Made by a program: the position numbers and the translations under genes | In this document: positions 39,017-48,495 of the stretch, one piece after another | Layout: the number at the start of each line of letters is the position of its first letter | Numbering within the stretch: the first letter of the stretch is position 1 | Assembly: GCA_015487695.1 (NCBI GenBank) | Contig: WFPF01000021.1 | Location: 2,658-66,657, forward strand | Length of the DNA: 64,000 nt | Origin: Chitinophagales bacterium | Lineage (GTDB): Bacteria > Bacteroidota > Bacteroidia > Chitinophagales > S012-47 | Direction of reading: 5' to 3' | Notes under the pieces: model-generated | Told to the model about the DNA's origin: nothing | The model's database searches: none | The model's input: only the letters and a program-made list of their open reading frames with translations

Positions 39017-39898
39017 TCAGAAATCATAACTAAACCCGATATTCCAGACCTCTCTCAACTGCAGCCCCCTGATTTGTGTGCTGTTTCCCTGGTCATCCGT
39101 TTTGGAGATCAGTACATCGTGATCATAAATGAGCTGGAAGGTCAGGGCCGTGCTGATGTATTCGTTCACTTTCAGATTGAGCTTGTTCAGACTGTTTACA
39201 TCCATGTTCCGAATCTTGTCGAGGTAATTGGAAAACAATTCGATGCTGCTTGAGAAATGTACATTTTTCATCAATTCCTTATCCAAGTTCAAACGCAGAT
39301 AAGCACCCGGCTCGTAGCGGTTTTTTGATCCCGCAGTCAATCCGTAATTCTCCGGATTGATATTCTCTATGTCTCCCACATGGGTCCATTTCAGCGTGAT
39401 AGGCGAAAAAAAGAGATGAAAAAAGTCACCGGGCTTGTGATCGATGCCGATGGAAAAGAGCGTAAAAGCCGGGGACATGAAAGCCGATATAAGCACGCTG
39501 TCACCGGGCAAAGCAAAGCCCCGGTCAAACTGTGTACGAAAATTACCATTAACAGCCAGCCCCGTCTTTTCACTCAATCGTTTCGAATAGAGCGTGTTGA
39601 AGATGATTTCATCATCGCTTTTGCGCACATCCGACCCGATTCTCACCTTGCCATAAGCAAGGTTAAGTTCATTGTTCCATTTCGACTTTTTCCCCTCATG
39701 CTTCAGAAAAAGCCGCGCGCCAAAGCTGATGGCCAGGGTGTTTTCTCCGCCTGCCACCCAATTGCTGTAAGCGGCCTGGCTGATCATGCTTTGCACATGG
39801 CCCCCGTGTCGCCAGCCCGCTGTACTGTCTGCCTGAGCCCATGCAATCGTGCCGACAAGAAGCAGGGCTCCTGTAATTACAAACTTCAATTTCTTCAT
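39017..39898 (-). CDS. DUF3078 outer membrane beta-barrel protein
   Basis: Q...SNW.AGG, RKSDD, F.TQF..G, FMSPA, LIYD.D, C-terminal F. Confidence 0.85.
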   Translation of the reverse strand: MKKLKFVITGALLLVGTIAWAQADSTAGWRHGGHVQSMISQAAYSNWVAGGENTLAISFGARLFLKHEGKKSKWNNELNLAYGKVRIGSDVRKSDDEIIFNTLYSKRLSEKTGLAVNGNFRTQFDRGFALPGDSVLISAFMSPAFTLFSIGIDHKPGDFFHLFFSPITLKWTHVGDIENINPENYGLTAGSKNRYEPGAYLRLNLDKELMKNVHFSSSIELFSNYLDKIRNMDVNSLNKLNLKVNEYISTALTFQLIYDHDVLISKTDDQGNSTQIRGLQLREVWNIGFSYDF

Positions 39899-39906
39899 AC
39901 CTGCCC

Positions 39907-40725
39907 CTATTCTTTAATAAGGTGAACATCCATTTGCGGAAAGGGTATGTTCAGGTTTTTCTTCGGGAAGACCTTGTACACTTCCTCGTTCAGAGAAAAA
40001 TAAACATCCCAGTAATCGGCTGTTTTCACCCATACACGCAGTGTGATATTAACGGAGGAATCGCCCAGGCTTGCAAGCGCAATCAGCGGTTTAGGGTCTT
40101 TCAGTATTCGCTCATCGGTTGCTATTATTTCTTCCAGTACTTTCTTTGCCCGGTCGTAATCATCGCCATAGGCAATGCCGATGGTCAGGTCTACCCTGCG
40201 CTGTGATTCGCGGGTATAGTTGACCACCGAACCCGTGGATACCGGCCCGTTGGGAAGCAGTATCACTTTGTTGTCCACGGTTTTTAATACGGTCGCAAAA
40301 ATCTGTATTTCATCGACTACGCCCAGATGGCCGTCTATTTCCACCAGGTCATTGACCCTGAAAGGCTTGAGCAACAATATCAGCACACCACCGGCAAAGT
40401 TTTGCAGCGTGCCAGAGAGTGCCAGGCCCACAGCCAGACCCGCTGCACCGAGAATGGCAATAAAGGAAGTCATGGCAATGCCCACCATCGACATTACACT
40501 GATGACCAGCAAGACCTTGAGCGAGGCCGATATCAGCGAACGCAAAAAGGGGCGGAGCGAATCGTCCACTGCGCTCTTTTTCATCATTTTATCACTCAGG
40601 CGGGTAATGCGCTTGATTATCCAGAAACCCAGAAACAATACCAGCAGGGCACCCAGGAGTTTCGGACCGTAATTCAAGAGAAAGTCAAGCAGCCAGTCAG
40701 ACATTTGATCGGTATCGAAATTCAT
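39907..40725 (-). CDS. mscS: Small-conductance mechanosensitive channel
   Basis: GAAGLAVGLAL.G.L.NFAGG, KPF...D, PNG, IPFPQ.DVH. Confidence 0.93.
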   Translation of the reverse strand: MNFDTDQMSDWLLDFLLNYGPKLLGALLVLFLGFWIIKRITRLSDKMMKKSAVDDSLRPFLRSLISASLKVLLVISVMSMVGIAMTSFIAILGAAGLAVGLALSGTLQNFAGGVLILLLKPFRVNDLVEIDGHLGVVDEIQIFATVLKTVDNKVILLPNGPVSTGSVVNYTRESQRRVDLTIGIAYGDDYDRAKKVLEEIIATDERILKDPKPLIALASLGDSSVNITLRVWVKTADYWDVYFSLNEEVYKVFPKKNLNIPFPQMDVHLIKE

Positions 40726-40828
40726 AACATGTGATTTAGGAGAGCTTTACAATTCAATTAATAAACTGCAAATAAAAGCATTTCAGCCCTTTTTTTATTT
40801 GATATTAGCAATGTCCAATTGCCGTCTT

Positions 40829-41251
40829 CTACCCTTTTTTCAACAAATCTCTTATCTCTGCAAGCAGTTGCTCTTCTTTACTCGGGGCCGGGGGTGCTGC
40901 AGGTGCTGCTGCTTCTTTCTTTTCCATCTTCTCTTTCATCTTATTGTAAGACTTGACGACCATAAAAACAGCAAAAGCCACAATGAGAAAGGTGATGATG
41001 CTGTTGATAAAAACTCCGTAACGAATTGCCACTTCAGCCGATGCGGCAGTATTGGCAGCTTCGGCCACAGCCGGCTTCAACACAATTTTCAACTGAGAAA
41101 AATCCACCCCTCCCATCAACTCACCGACCGGAGGCATAATGACATCGTTGACGAGGGATTTGACAATTGCACCGAAATAAGTTGCCAGGATCAGACCTAC
41201 AGCCATGTCCATGACATTGCCTTTCGATATGAATTTTTTAAATTCTTTCAT
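40829..41251 (-). CDS. mscL: Large-conductance mechanosensitive channel
   Basis: EFKKFISKGNV.D.AVG, YG.FI...I.FLIVAF, LL.EIRDLLK. Confidence 0.97.
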   Translation of the reverse strand: MKEFKKFISKGNVMDMAVGLILATYFGAIVKSLVNDVIMPPVGELMGGVDFSQLKIVLKPAVAEAANTAASAEVAIRYGVFINSIITFLIVAFAVFMVVKSYNKMKEKMEKKEAAAPAAPPAPSKEEQLLAEIRDLLKKG

Positions 41252-41423
41252 GGTTCACGTTTTTTAGGTTAGAGGTTAGGAAATAAATATAATTCAAAGA
41301 TGTGAAATCCCGGTATATATACACGAGCCGGTCTGCTATATATAATGACTTTATTTATCTGCGCCATCTTGGCATATTCCTTAAATTCGCCACTGCTTTA
41401 AATCAACAATAAAACCGGGCTCC

Positions 41424-42326
41424 ATGAAAAGAAAAGCAATTCTTTACCTCTCCCTCATTTTTATTTCTTTTGCCGGCCGGGCTCAGTTCCCGGAGGGTGG
41501 CAACAAACTGCTTGTCGCTTTGGGTCGAAGCACGGGAGACTCCGTAGTGGCCGCAATGAACGAGCTCGTAAAAGCCGATCCGAAAGCTGCCGGGATAACC
41601 CTGGAAATGGATGGTAAAAAACTGCTTGCCTTCACGCTTTTCAATGTGAAAAACAAAGAGCATGCACGTTATGCAGGGGTCTGGCCTTTCGGACTTGACA
41701 GCAATACCAATAAAGAGATCATTTCATTTGCTTTTGGAGCGCCCGAAAAAGCGGATGAAAAAGAACAGCGCTATGAATATGAGTTGCCGGGTGTCGAAAT
41801 GCAGTTTCAGTTTAAGCACGGGCAATTGAGCGAAGCCCGCTTTGCCTGGTCGGAGTCGTACCGGGAAGCGGGAAAGCCCGTTCAGCTCAGGGAAATTCAG
41901 GACTACATCAACCGGAAATTCAGAAAGCGCATCTATGCCAATGGCGACTGTGTGGAGGGCGACTGCAAAGACGGACACGGAAGCATGATCTGGCGCAATC
42001 AGTTAAAGTATACCGGTGATTTCAAACACAAATTTGCCCATGGTCAGGGTCGCATTGACTATCCCAAAGGTGGCTATTACGAAGGGGAATTCAAATGGGG
42101 ATATCCGCATGGCAAAGGAGTTGAAGTGAGTGCTTCGGGTCAAAAATGGGTAGGGCCGTTCAGCTATGGCGAAAGGGATGGCGAAGGAACGCTCACTTTG
42201 CCCGATGGCACTGTAATGAAGGGTTCATACAGCAATAAGAAGATGAACGGAGAATGGCAGATCACTTATCCCTCGGGGCAGCAGGTCACCGTGACGTATC
42301 TGGATGGAAAGCTGATAAAAGATTAA
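41424..42326 (+). CDS. Secreted MORN-repeat protein
   Basis: Signal peptide; C.EGDC.DG.G followed by Y.G.F..G..HG.G repeats. Confidence 0.85.
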   Translation: MKRKAILYLSLIFISFAGRAQFPEGGNKLLVALGRSTGDSVVAAMNELVKADPKAAGITLEMDGKKLLAFTLFNVKNKEHARYAGVWPFGLDSNTNKEIISFAFGAPEKADEKEQRYEYELPGVEMQFQFKHGQLSEARFAWSESYREAGKPVQLREIQDYINRKFRKRIYANGDCVEGDCKDGHGSMIWRNQLKYTGDFKHKFAHGQGRIDYPKGGYYEGEFKWGYPHGKGVEVSASGQKWVGPFSYGERDGEGTLTLPDGTVMKGSYSNKKMNGEWQITYPSGQQVTVTYLDGKLIKD

Positions 42327-42341
42327 GCAAAGGCAGCCACC

Positions 42342-43181
42342 CTATTCAAAATATCTTGACTCCAGAAAATGCCAGGCTGCGAGAGCTGCCAGCCGTGCCG
42401 TGCGATTGTCGATATCAAAGCGGGGGTTGAGTTCATAAATCCCAAGTGAAATTACTTTTTCATTGCGCCCTGCCACGCGCATCATGGCGAAAATTTCGGC
42501 CGGGCTAAATCCAAACGCTGCCGGGGCCGAAACACCCGGTGCATATGCCTCCTGCACACTGTCAAGATCAAAACTGAGCACCACATAATCAACCCTCGAA
42601 GACAAGTCACGGAGGGCCGTGCCGAAGGCCTTCACTTTATCAACCGCCTCAAGGCTGTTCATCGTGACGATGCCTACTTCCTCCTTCAATGCAAACTCCC
42701 AGAGTTCGGAGCCGTTGCAGTGCTCCCCAATGCCAAACTCCCATAAATTTTGCGCTTTTATCACGCCTTCCTTAATGGCCAGATAAAAAGGCGAACCGCT
42801 GAGAATAAGCGGATTGGGTTTGCGTAAATCAAAGTGCGGATCGATATTGAGGCAGGCCAAAGAGGCCGGGGGAAAGCGCTCACGGATGCCCTTCAAATGT
42901 GCGTAGGCATAATCGTGACCTCCGCCCACCACAATGCTCGTATCGTGAAAGCGATGAAGCGCGGTGAGCGCAGAGGCGAAGTTCCGGTGGCTCTCTCCTA
43001 TTTGATCGGCAAGTGGCGCATCACCATGATCTTCGAGGAGCTCCTTTACCGGAAATCGGCCGTTCCACTTTTTCCAGGCCTTCCTGAAAGCCGAAGGTCC
43101 ATCGGCCGCACCTATTCTCCCACGGTTATTTCCTACCGCACGGTCATCTGCGCAGCCAAGCAATGCCACCCGATTATTCAT
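42342..43181 (-). CDS. hutG: Formimidoylglutamase (arginase family)
   Basis: D..V..N.GR.GA..GP, GGGHD, NIDPHFDLR, SG.PF, D.D, APGVSAP, ELNP.FD.D.RT. Confidence 0.85.
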   Translation of the reverse strand: MNNRVALLGCADDRAVGNNRGRIGAADGPSAFRKAWKKWNGRFPVKELLEDHGDAPLADQIGESHRNFASALTALHRFHDTSIVVGGGHDYAYAHLKGIRERFPPASLACLNIDPHFDLRKPNPLILSGSPFYLAIKEGVIKAQNLWEFGIGEHCNGSELWEFALKEEVGIVTMNSLEAVDKVKAFGTALRDLSSRVDYVVLSFDLDSVQEAYAPGVSAPAAFGFSPAEIFAMMRVAGRNEKVISLGIYELNPRFDIDNRTARLAALAAWHFLESRYFE

Positions 43182-43258
43182 CCGCTTAAATTTTTGTAAA
43201 AGTAAAGAGGCTTGGCTTTTTAATGAAGACCTGCCCGGCCCTTATCATTCCTTTACTG

Positions 43259-43663
43259 TCAGCGTTGCAGTTCAGTCTGCAGCCAGCGCAGCATAAACTT
43301 GCGGTAGCTTCTTTTAAGGTCATTGTACAGTTCGTTGAAACGCAGCATGCGGTCGCTCAGCAACTGATGGATTTTCGCATGGAAGGCATCGTCTTTGTCT
43401 TCCCCCTTCTTAGCATGTACTGCCATTTCTTTTTCGTGTTCCCGTATATCATGTATCAGTTCATCAATGACCTCTTTTTCGCGGATAAATTGATTTTGAA
43501 AATGTTCTACGCGGGCAAGCATCTCCTTGTCTTCCAGCAGGCCGACAATATCACCCAGTTCTTTTTCAAATATTTCAATTTCGTCTCTGGCGAACTCCAG
43601 TTCCTCCATCCATAGCTTGTGGTCATTGTGTAAGTGTTCCAGTGCTAAAACTCGTACATCCAT
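43259..43663 (-). CDS. All-helical His/Glu-rich hypothetical protein (hemerythrin-like)
   Basis: LH.DH..W..EL.F..DE, VEHFQNQF, H.I..HE. Confidence 0.75.
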   Translation of the reverse strand: MDVRVLALEHLHNDHKLWMEELEFARDEIEIFEKELGDIVGLLEDKEMLARVEHFQNQFIREKEVIDELIHDIREHEKEMAVHAKKGEDKDDAFHAKIHQLLSDRMLRFNELYNDLKRSYRKFMLRWLQTELQR

Positions 43664-43711
43664 GGCGATTTAATTTTGGAGTAAACATAAAAGGCTTTTC
43701 TGCTACCAACT

Positions 43712-43725
43712 ATGATTAAAGTCAA
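43712..43725 (-). promoter_or_regulatory. FNR/CRP-like box upstream of 43259..43663
   Basis: TTGAC-TTTA-ATCAT (8/10 to TTGAT-N4-ATCAA), 22 nt upstream of a TATGTTTA -7-like element. Confidence 0.5.
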
Positions 43726-43803
43726 TTTGATCGCAATATGGAATACCGGCTGCCGGCTTCCCTTTCTGCCACTCCACTGATTTGATTTTTTGGCTTATAT
43801 TAG

Positions 43804-43817
43804 CTAACGATCGTTCG
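43804..43817 (+). promoter_or_regulatory. PaaR-type operator CTAACGATCGTTCG
   Basis: Matches CNAACGNNCGTTNG; follows TATATTAG (-7-like) and ends 14 nt before the TetR start. Confidence 0.75.
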
Positions 43818-43831
43818 TATTTTGATTTGCC

Positions 43832-44431
43832 ATGAAAAACGCCCTCCTGAAAAACGCAAAGCCCCGAAAGGCGCAGATAAAGGAAAAAGCCGGACAACTT
43901 TTCGGTGAGCGTGGCTATTCGGCCGGCTCGATGAGACAATTAGCGCGGATAGTGGGCATCGAAGCTGCCAGCCTTTACAACCATTATGCTTCGAAAGAAG
44001 CCATACTCAGTGAAATCTGCGAGGACATGGCAGCGCAGTTTTTGCGTTCGATAGAACCTCTGGCTGCTGCCGAGATGCGCCCCGACCTGCAGTTGCAGAA
44101 AATGATGCGCATTCATCTGGATGTGGTTTTACAAAACCGCTACGCGGCCACTGTTTTTTTTCATGAGTGGCGATATTTGGAAGAGCCCTATCTGAGCAAT
44201 TTTAAAGAAGCACGCAAACGCTACCGCGATATTTTCGGGAAAGTGCTTTCACGGGGTGCTTCCGAGGGCTATTTTGCCATTGACGATCTGCGGATTACCC
44301 TTTCGGTTCTTTTTTCATCCATGAACTGGGCGTTTGAACAATCAGGCGATCCGGAAATGAGTGCCGAAGAAGTAGCCGACAGGATTTACAAAATCATCAG
44401 CAGGGGAATTTTAACAGACAGAAAGATATAA
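43832..44431 (+). CDS. paaR: TetR-family regulator, PaaR-like
   Basis: TetR HTH (LF.ERGY...SMR.LA..VGIEAASLYNH..SKE); heads the paa operon. Confidence 0.8.
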   Translation: MKNALLKNAKPRKAQIKEKAGQLFGERGYSAGSMRQLARIVGIEAASLYNHYASKEAILSEICEDMAAQFLRSIEPLAAAEMRPDLQLQKMMRIHLDVVLQNRYAATVFFHEWRYLEEPYLSNFKEARKRYRDIFGKVLSRGASEGYFAIDDLRITLSVLFSSMNWAFEQSGDPEMSAEEVADRIYKIISRGILTDRKI

Positions 44432-44446
44432 TAAAATCGAAAGCCT

Positions 44447-45433
44447 ATGTATGGAGGTGGATATATTCCCGGACAGGAAAACGAAAAGCCCGATCAATTT
44501 CAGGATGATCCGGTAAAACTTAAAGAATTTGAAGAGCGCATTGACCGGGGCGAAAAAATTGAGCCCCATGACTGGATGCCCCGGGGATACCGGAAGCAGC
44601 TTATCCGGATGATTGAACAACATGCCCACAGTGAAATTATCGGGGCATTGCCCGAGGGCACATGGATCACGCGTGCGCCCGGTTTCAGAAGAAAGATGGC
44701 CCTTATTGCCAAAGTTCAGGACGAGGTGGGCCATGGGCAACTGCTTTACAACGCAGCCGAAACACTTGGAAAAAGCCGGGAAGAAATGATGGCCGACCTG
44801 CTGAGCGGCAAATCAAAATACTCCAATGTATTTAACTATCCGGCCAAAACATGGGCCGATGTGGCGGTCATCGGATTTCTGATTGACGCTGCCGCCATCG
44901 TCAACCAGGTAGCCAACTCCAAGGGCTCATACGGGCCCTACTGCCGTGCCTTGGAGCGCATATGCTATGAAGAATCCTTTCACCTCAAACAGGGGCATGA
45001 TGCCTTTGTGGCATTGGCCACCGGTACAAAAAAACAACGGGCCATGCTTCAGGATGCCGTCAATCGCTGGTACCGGCCCATCATTCACTTCTTCGGCCCG
45101 CCCGATGTAGCCTCCGTGCACACAGAGAAGCTGATGCGCTGGAAAGTAAAGATGATGAGCAATGATGCCATGCGCAATCAGTTTTTAAGTTCGTACGTAC
45201 CCAAAGTGAGAGAACTGGGAATTGACTTCCCGGATCCAAATCTGCGCAAAAATGCAGACGGAACCTGGAGTTTTTCCGATCCGGATTGGGATGAATTCAA
45301 AAGGGTGGTGCGCGGTGACGGGCCCTGCAACAAAGAACGCCTGGCCGTAAGGAAATGGGTAGAAACGGAACATCGTTGGATTCGCGAAGCTTTATTTAAT
45401 CCAAGCGCAAAATATACGCTGCCCCTTTCATAA
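44447..45433 (+). CDS. paaA: Phenylacetyl-CoA epoxidase subunit A
   Basis: KIEP.DWMP..YRK.L.R...[30 protein letters not shown]. Confidence 0.97.
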   Translation: MYGGGYIPGQENEKPDQFQDDPVKLKEFEERIDRGEKIEPHDWMPRGYRKQLIRMIEQHAHSEIIGALPEGTWITRAPGFRRKMALIAKVQDEVGHGQLLYNAAETLGKSREEMMADLLSGKSKYSNVFNYPAKTWADVAVIGFLIDAAAIVNQVANSKGSYGPYCRALERICYEESFHLKQGHDAFVALATGTKKQRAMLQDAVNRWYRPIIHFFGPPDVASVHTEKLMRWKVKMMSNDAMRNQFLSSYVPKVRELGIDFPDPNLRKNADGTWSFSDPDWDEFKRVVRGDGPCNKERLAVRKWVETEHRWIREALFNPSAKYTLPLS

Positions 45434-45443
45434 TATAGTAACT

Positions 45444-45836
45444 ATGGAAAAATCACTTGATCCTAGAATTCAGCGCCTCGACATTCAAAGGGAAGAGCCA
45501 AAAACGCCCGATATAAAAACTCATGAATATTGGAGTACCTATGAAGTTTTTGTCCAGTCCAAGCGGGGCAAACAGCATGTGCATGCAGGAACGGTGCATG
45601 CTCCGGATCCCCAATTGGCATTGGTTTTTGCCAAGGAGCAATTCGGAAGGCGGCAACATTGTGTAAATATGTGGGTCGTTGCCACCACAGAAATCTTTGC
45701 TTTCCGATATGACGATTCGGATATGTTTGAGACAGTGCCCGAAAAACTCCATCGTGAACCGGGTGGCTATAAAGTGCGCGACAAGATTGAAGCCTACAGA
45801 AAAAAAATATCACAGCAAAAAGCAGATAAATCATGA
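45444..45836 (+). CDS. paaB: Phenylacetyl-CoA epoxidase subunit B
   Basis: YEVF.Q..RG..H.HAG.VHAPD..LAL..A.....RR......WVV. Confidence 0.93.
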   Translation: MEKSLDPRIQRLDIQREEPKTPDIKTHEYWSTYEVFVQSKRGKQHVHAGTVHAPDPQLALVFAKEQFGRRQHCVNMWVVATTEIFAFRYDDSDMFETVPEKLHREPGGYKVRDKIEAYRKKISQQKADKS

Positions 45837-46585
45837 ACAAAGAGGCCGCAAAAGAATTGATGCTGAAAATGGCAGATGATGCGCTCATCTACGGACATCG
45901 CCTCAGCGAGTGGACCGGAATCGGACCCATTCTGGAAGAAGATATTGCGTTCAGTTCCATTTCGCAGGACAAAGTAGGCCACGCATGGCAACTCTACCAA
46001 CTTCTCGAACAGGACTTCGGCATGCCTGATCCGGATCGCCTGGGTTTCGAGAGAAAAGAATCCGAATACAAATGCAGCCAGCTGAATGAGCTGTATACCC
46101 GCGACTACGCCTTTGCACTTATTCGTCATTTCTTTATGGATCATGCCGAATTTATCCGATACAGCCTCCTTCGGGCTTCCTCTTATGAATCCCTGGCACA
46201 ACTGGCCAAGAAAGTAAGGGGCGAAATAAAATATCACGTGTTGCATGCCGATACCTGGGTGAAGAAACTGGGAGCAGCCACGGAAGAAAGCCACAGCCGC
46301 ATGCAGGCCGCATTGAATGAAGCCTTTCCCTATGCACTGGGGCTTTTTGAGCCCGGCCCGTTTGAGCAGGAACTCATTGACTCGGGTGTTTTCATCGGTG
46401 AAGGACAACTGCAAGCCGAATGGCTGGACGAGATAAGGCCCATCATTGAAGAAAGCGGCCTCCAGCTGACTTCAAATACCGAAGCAATTACGGGTGGCCG
46501 CAGCGGCAATCACAGCAGCGACCTGGCCCCCCTGCTCGAAGAAATGAGTGAAGTAATATGCTCGGAGCCGGGCGCCAGTTGGTAA
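45833..46585 (+). CDS. paaC: Phenylacetyl-CoA epoxidase subunit C
   Basis: ADD.LI.GHRLSEW.G.GP.LEEDIA, D..GHA, E..YH..H, G.HS..L..LL.EM. Confidence 0.95.
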   Translation: MNKEAAKELMLKMADDALIYGHRLSEWTGIGPILEEDIAFSSISQDKVGHAWQLYQLLEQDFGMPDPDRLGFERKESEYKCSQLNELYTRDYAFALIRHFFMDHAEFIRYSLLRASSYESLAQLAKKVRGEIKYHVLHADTWVKKLGAATEESHSRMQAALNEAFPYALGLFEPGPFEQELIDSGVFIGEGQLQAEWLDEIRPIIEESGLQLTSNTEAITGGRSGNHSSDLAPLLEEMSEVICSEPGASW

Positions 46586-46593
46586 AAAACCCC

Positions 46594-47097
46594 ATGGATA
46601 TGACCCAGGAAAGCATCGAAAAGATAAAAGAAATATGGCAGGCCCTCAAGGGGGTCGAAGATCCTGAAATCCCCGTCATATCCATTGTTGACATGGGAAT
46701 CGTTACCGATGTGACCATTGACGAAACGGGCCGGGTCATGGTAGAAATGACTCCGACCTTTACAGGTTGTCCTGCCATTGAGGTAATGAAAAAAGGGATA
46801 GAAAAAAAACTGTCGGAACTCGGAGTGAAAGATTACAGGGTAGCGCTTAACTACAAGACAACCTGGACCAGCAATCGCATCACCGAAGAGGGGCGCGACA
46901 AACTGGAGAAATTCGGGCTGGGCAGGCCTGCCTCACACGAGGGAGAGCCCGGTATGGAAGCCATTGCCAGCGCCCGTTGCCCCCATTGCGGCAGCGAAAA
47001 CACTACGCTCAAATCAGTCTTCGGTTCCACCCTCTGCCGTTCCATACATATTTGCCACGATTGCAGGCAATCTTTCGAAAGATTTAAGCCGGTATAG
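46594..47097 (+). CDS. paaD: Phenylacetyl-CoA epoxidase subunit D
   Basis: V.DPEIP.ISI.D.G, TPTF.GCPA, CP.CGS..T...S.FGST.C...C..C...FE.FK. Confidence 0.95.
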   Translation: MDMTQESIEKIKEIWQALKGVEDPEIPVISIVDMGIVTDVTIDETGRVMVEMTPTFTGCPAIEVMKKGIEKKLSELGVKDYRVALNYKTTWTSNRITEEGRDKLEKFGLGRPASHEGEPGMEAIASARCPHCGSENTTLKSVFGSTLCRSIHICHDCRQSFERFKPV

Positions 47098-47127
47098 CAA
47101 AATTGCTCTTTTCATTAATTTTGCACT

Positions 47128-47415
47128 ATGGAAACCAGGATTGTAACCCGCCATCCCGAACCGGGCAAAGAAGGCGCCAACATCAGCAAGGCCATTTACG
47201 ACCAGCTGAAAGCAAGTATTTTGGCTGTGCTTCATGACCTTGAGTCCCTGCCCGAAAAGGAACTTCCGCAAAGGGTGGCGGAAAATCTGGAAGATGACGT
47301 TCCGGGAGATCTTAACTGGTACATCGAAACCGTCAAGCTTGACTTGCTTGCCCGCGAACTCATAGAATACGAGCCCGGAAAACCCACCCATTTGCGCGAA
47401 AAGACCTTTTTCTGA
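47128..47415 (+). CDS. DUF6958-like small protein
   Basis: T.HP..GK.G.NI....Y, WY...VKLDL.AR..I. Confidence 0.7.
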   Translation: METRIVTRHPEPGKEGANISKAIYDQLKASILAVLHDLESLPEKELPQRVAENLEDDVPGDLNWYIETVKLDLLARELIEYEPGKPTHLREKTFF

Positions 47416-47565
47416 TTTTCTTTCAGGGCAAATTCTTTTCTTTTTTATCCGGATGACAATACTGCAGGTTGTTTTACAGGCCTCTGCAATGCTTCTGCAA
47501 TATCCCCGTCTTTGAGACGGAGTAAGAATTTCAATTTTAATAAAAAGAATATCTCCCGAAGGCAA

Positions 47566-48102
47566 TCATTTTATCTCCAGGGTATCGCTGCCCAGCTTTT
47601 CGTGATAGATGCGCTCGTTTTCTTTATCAAAGCAGACAAAAAAGACTTCATTTATCCGGCTTCCCCTGCGCAGATACTCCGCAACGCTACGGATGGCTAT
47701 GTCGGCAGCCCGTTCCTTCGGGAATCCGTAGATACCCGTGCTAATATTGGGAAAAGCAATCTGCTGTACACCCAGTTCTTCGGCCAGCCTCAGACTGTTT
47801 TTATATGCATTAGCCAAAATCTGATCTTCCCCATTATCGCCTCCTCTCCAGACGGGGCCTACCGTATGAATGACATATTTTGCCGGAAGTTTCCCGCCCG
47901 TGGTGTACATCGCCTCTCCCGGTGGCAGCAGGCCGTGCTTTTCAGTCCACTTTATACATTCTCTGAGAATTTGCGGTCCCCCGGCCCCGTGAATGGCACC
48001 ATCTACTCCGCCCCCTCCACGCAGCGAGGAGTTCGCTGCATTGACAATCGCCTCTGCCGGCAGCCGGGTAATGTCTCCCCGTATCAGACGAATCGTTGCC
48101 AT
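47566..48102 (-). CDS. ymdB: Macrodomain O-acetyl-ADP-ribose deacetylase (YmdB-like)
   Basis: [41 protein letters not shown]. Confidence 0.92.
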   Translation of the reverse strand: MATIRLIRGDITRLPAEAIVNAANSSLRGGGGVDGAIHGAGGPQILRECIKWTEKHGLLPPGEAMYTTGGKLPAKYVIHTVGPVWRGGDNGEDQILANAYKNSLRLAEELGVQQIAFPNISTGIYGFPKERAADIAIRSVAEYLRRGSRINEVFFVCFDKENERIYHEKLGSDTLEIK

Positions 48103-48119
48103 AGGCCATCATTTAGCGC

Positions 48120-48494
48120 TTAAGCAAAAAATCTGGAAGCCGAATGCCCTCCGTAAACAAAGAGAAGGCCGAGCACATTGCTAATAAGGATGTATGAAAG
48201 GGCACTGCTCCACTCTCCGGCTCGCATCAGGTTCATACTTTGCATGGTAAAGCTGCTGAACGTGGTAAAACTCCCGAAAAGACCTATGAATAGAAATACC
48301 CGCCATTGCACTCCGATCTCGTAACTCTCGGCCAGGCCCAGGGCAAAACCAATGAGCAGGCTCCCCAGCATATTTACAAACAAGGTTCCGTAGGGATACT
48401 CGACAGCCATCAGGCGCTGCACTGCGGCCACACTATAATACCGGCCAATGGTACCGATGATGCCTCCAGCTACCAGATATAGCAAACTGTTCAT
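48120..48494 (-). CDS. crcB: Fluoride efflux channel FluC/CrcB
   Basis: GG..G...RY, P.GTL.VN..GS, G..GSFTTFSSF. Confidence 0.95.
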   Translation of the reverse strand: MNSLLYLVAGGIIGTIGRYYSVAAVQRLMAVEYPYGTLFVNMLGSLLIGFALGLAESYEIGVQWRVFLFIGLFGSFTTFSSFTMQSMNLMRAGEWSSALSYILISNVLGLLFVYGGHSASRFFA

Positions 48495-48495
48495 T

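Noticed and set aside
43182-43258. Short uORF upstream of hutG checked as a His attenuator
   Set aside because: No His codons and no terminator hairpin
47416-47565. Gap between convergent genes with a small CCGTCT/AGACGG hairpin
   Set aside because: Stem too short with no U-tract; no support for a terminator or sRNA
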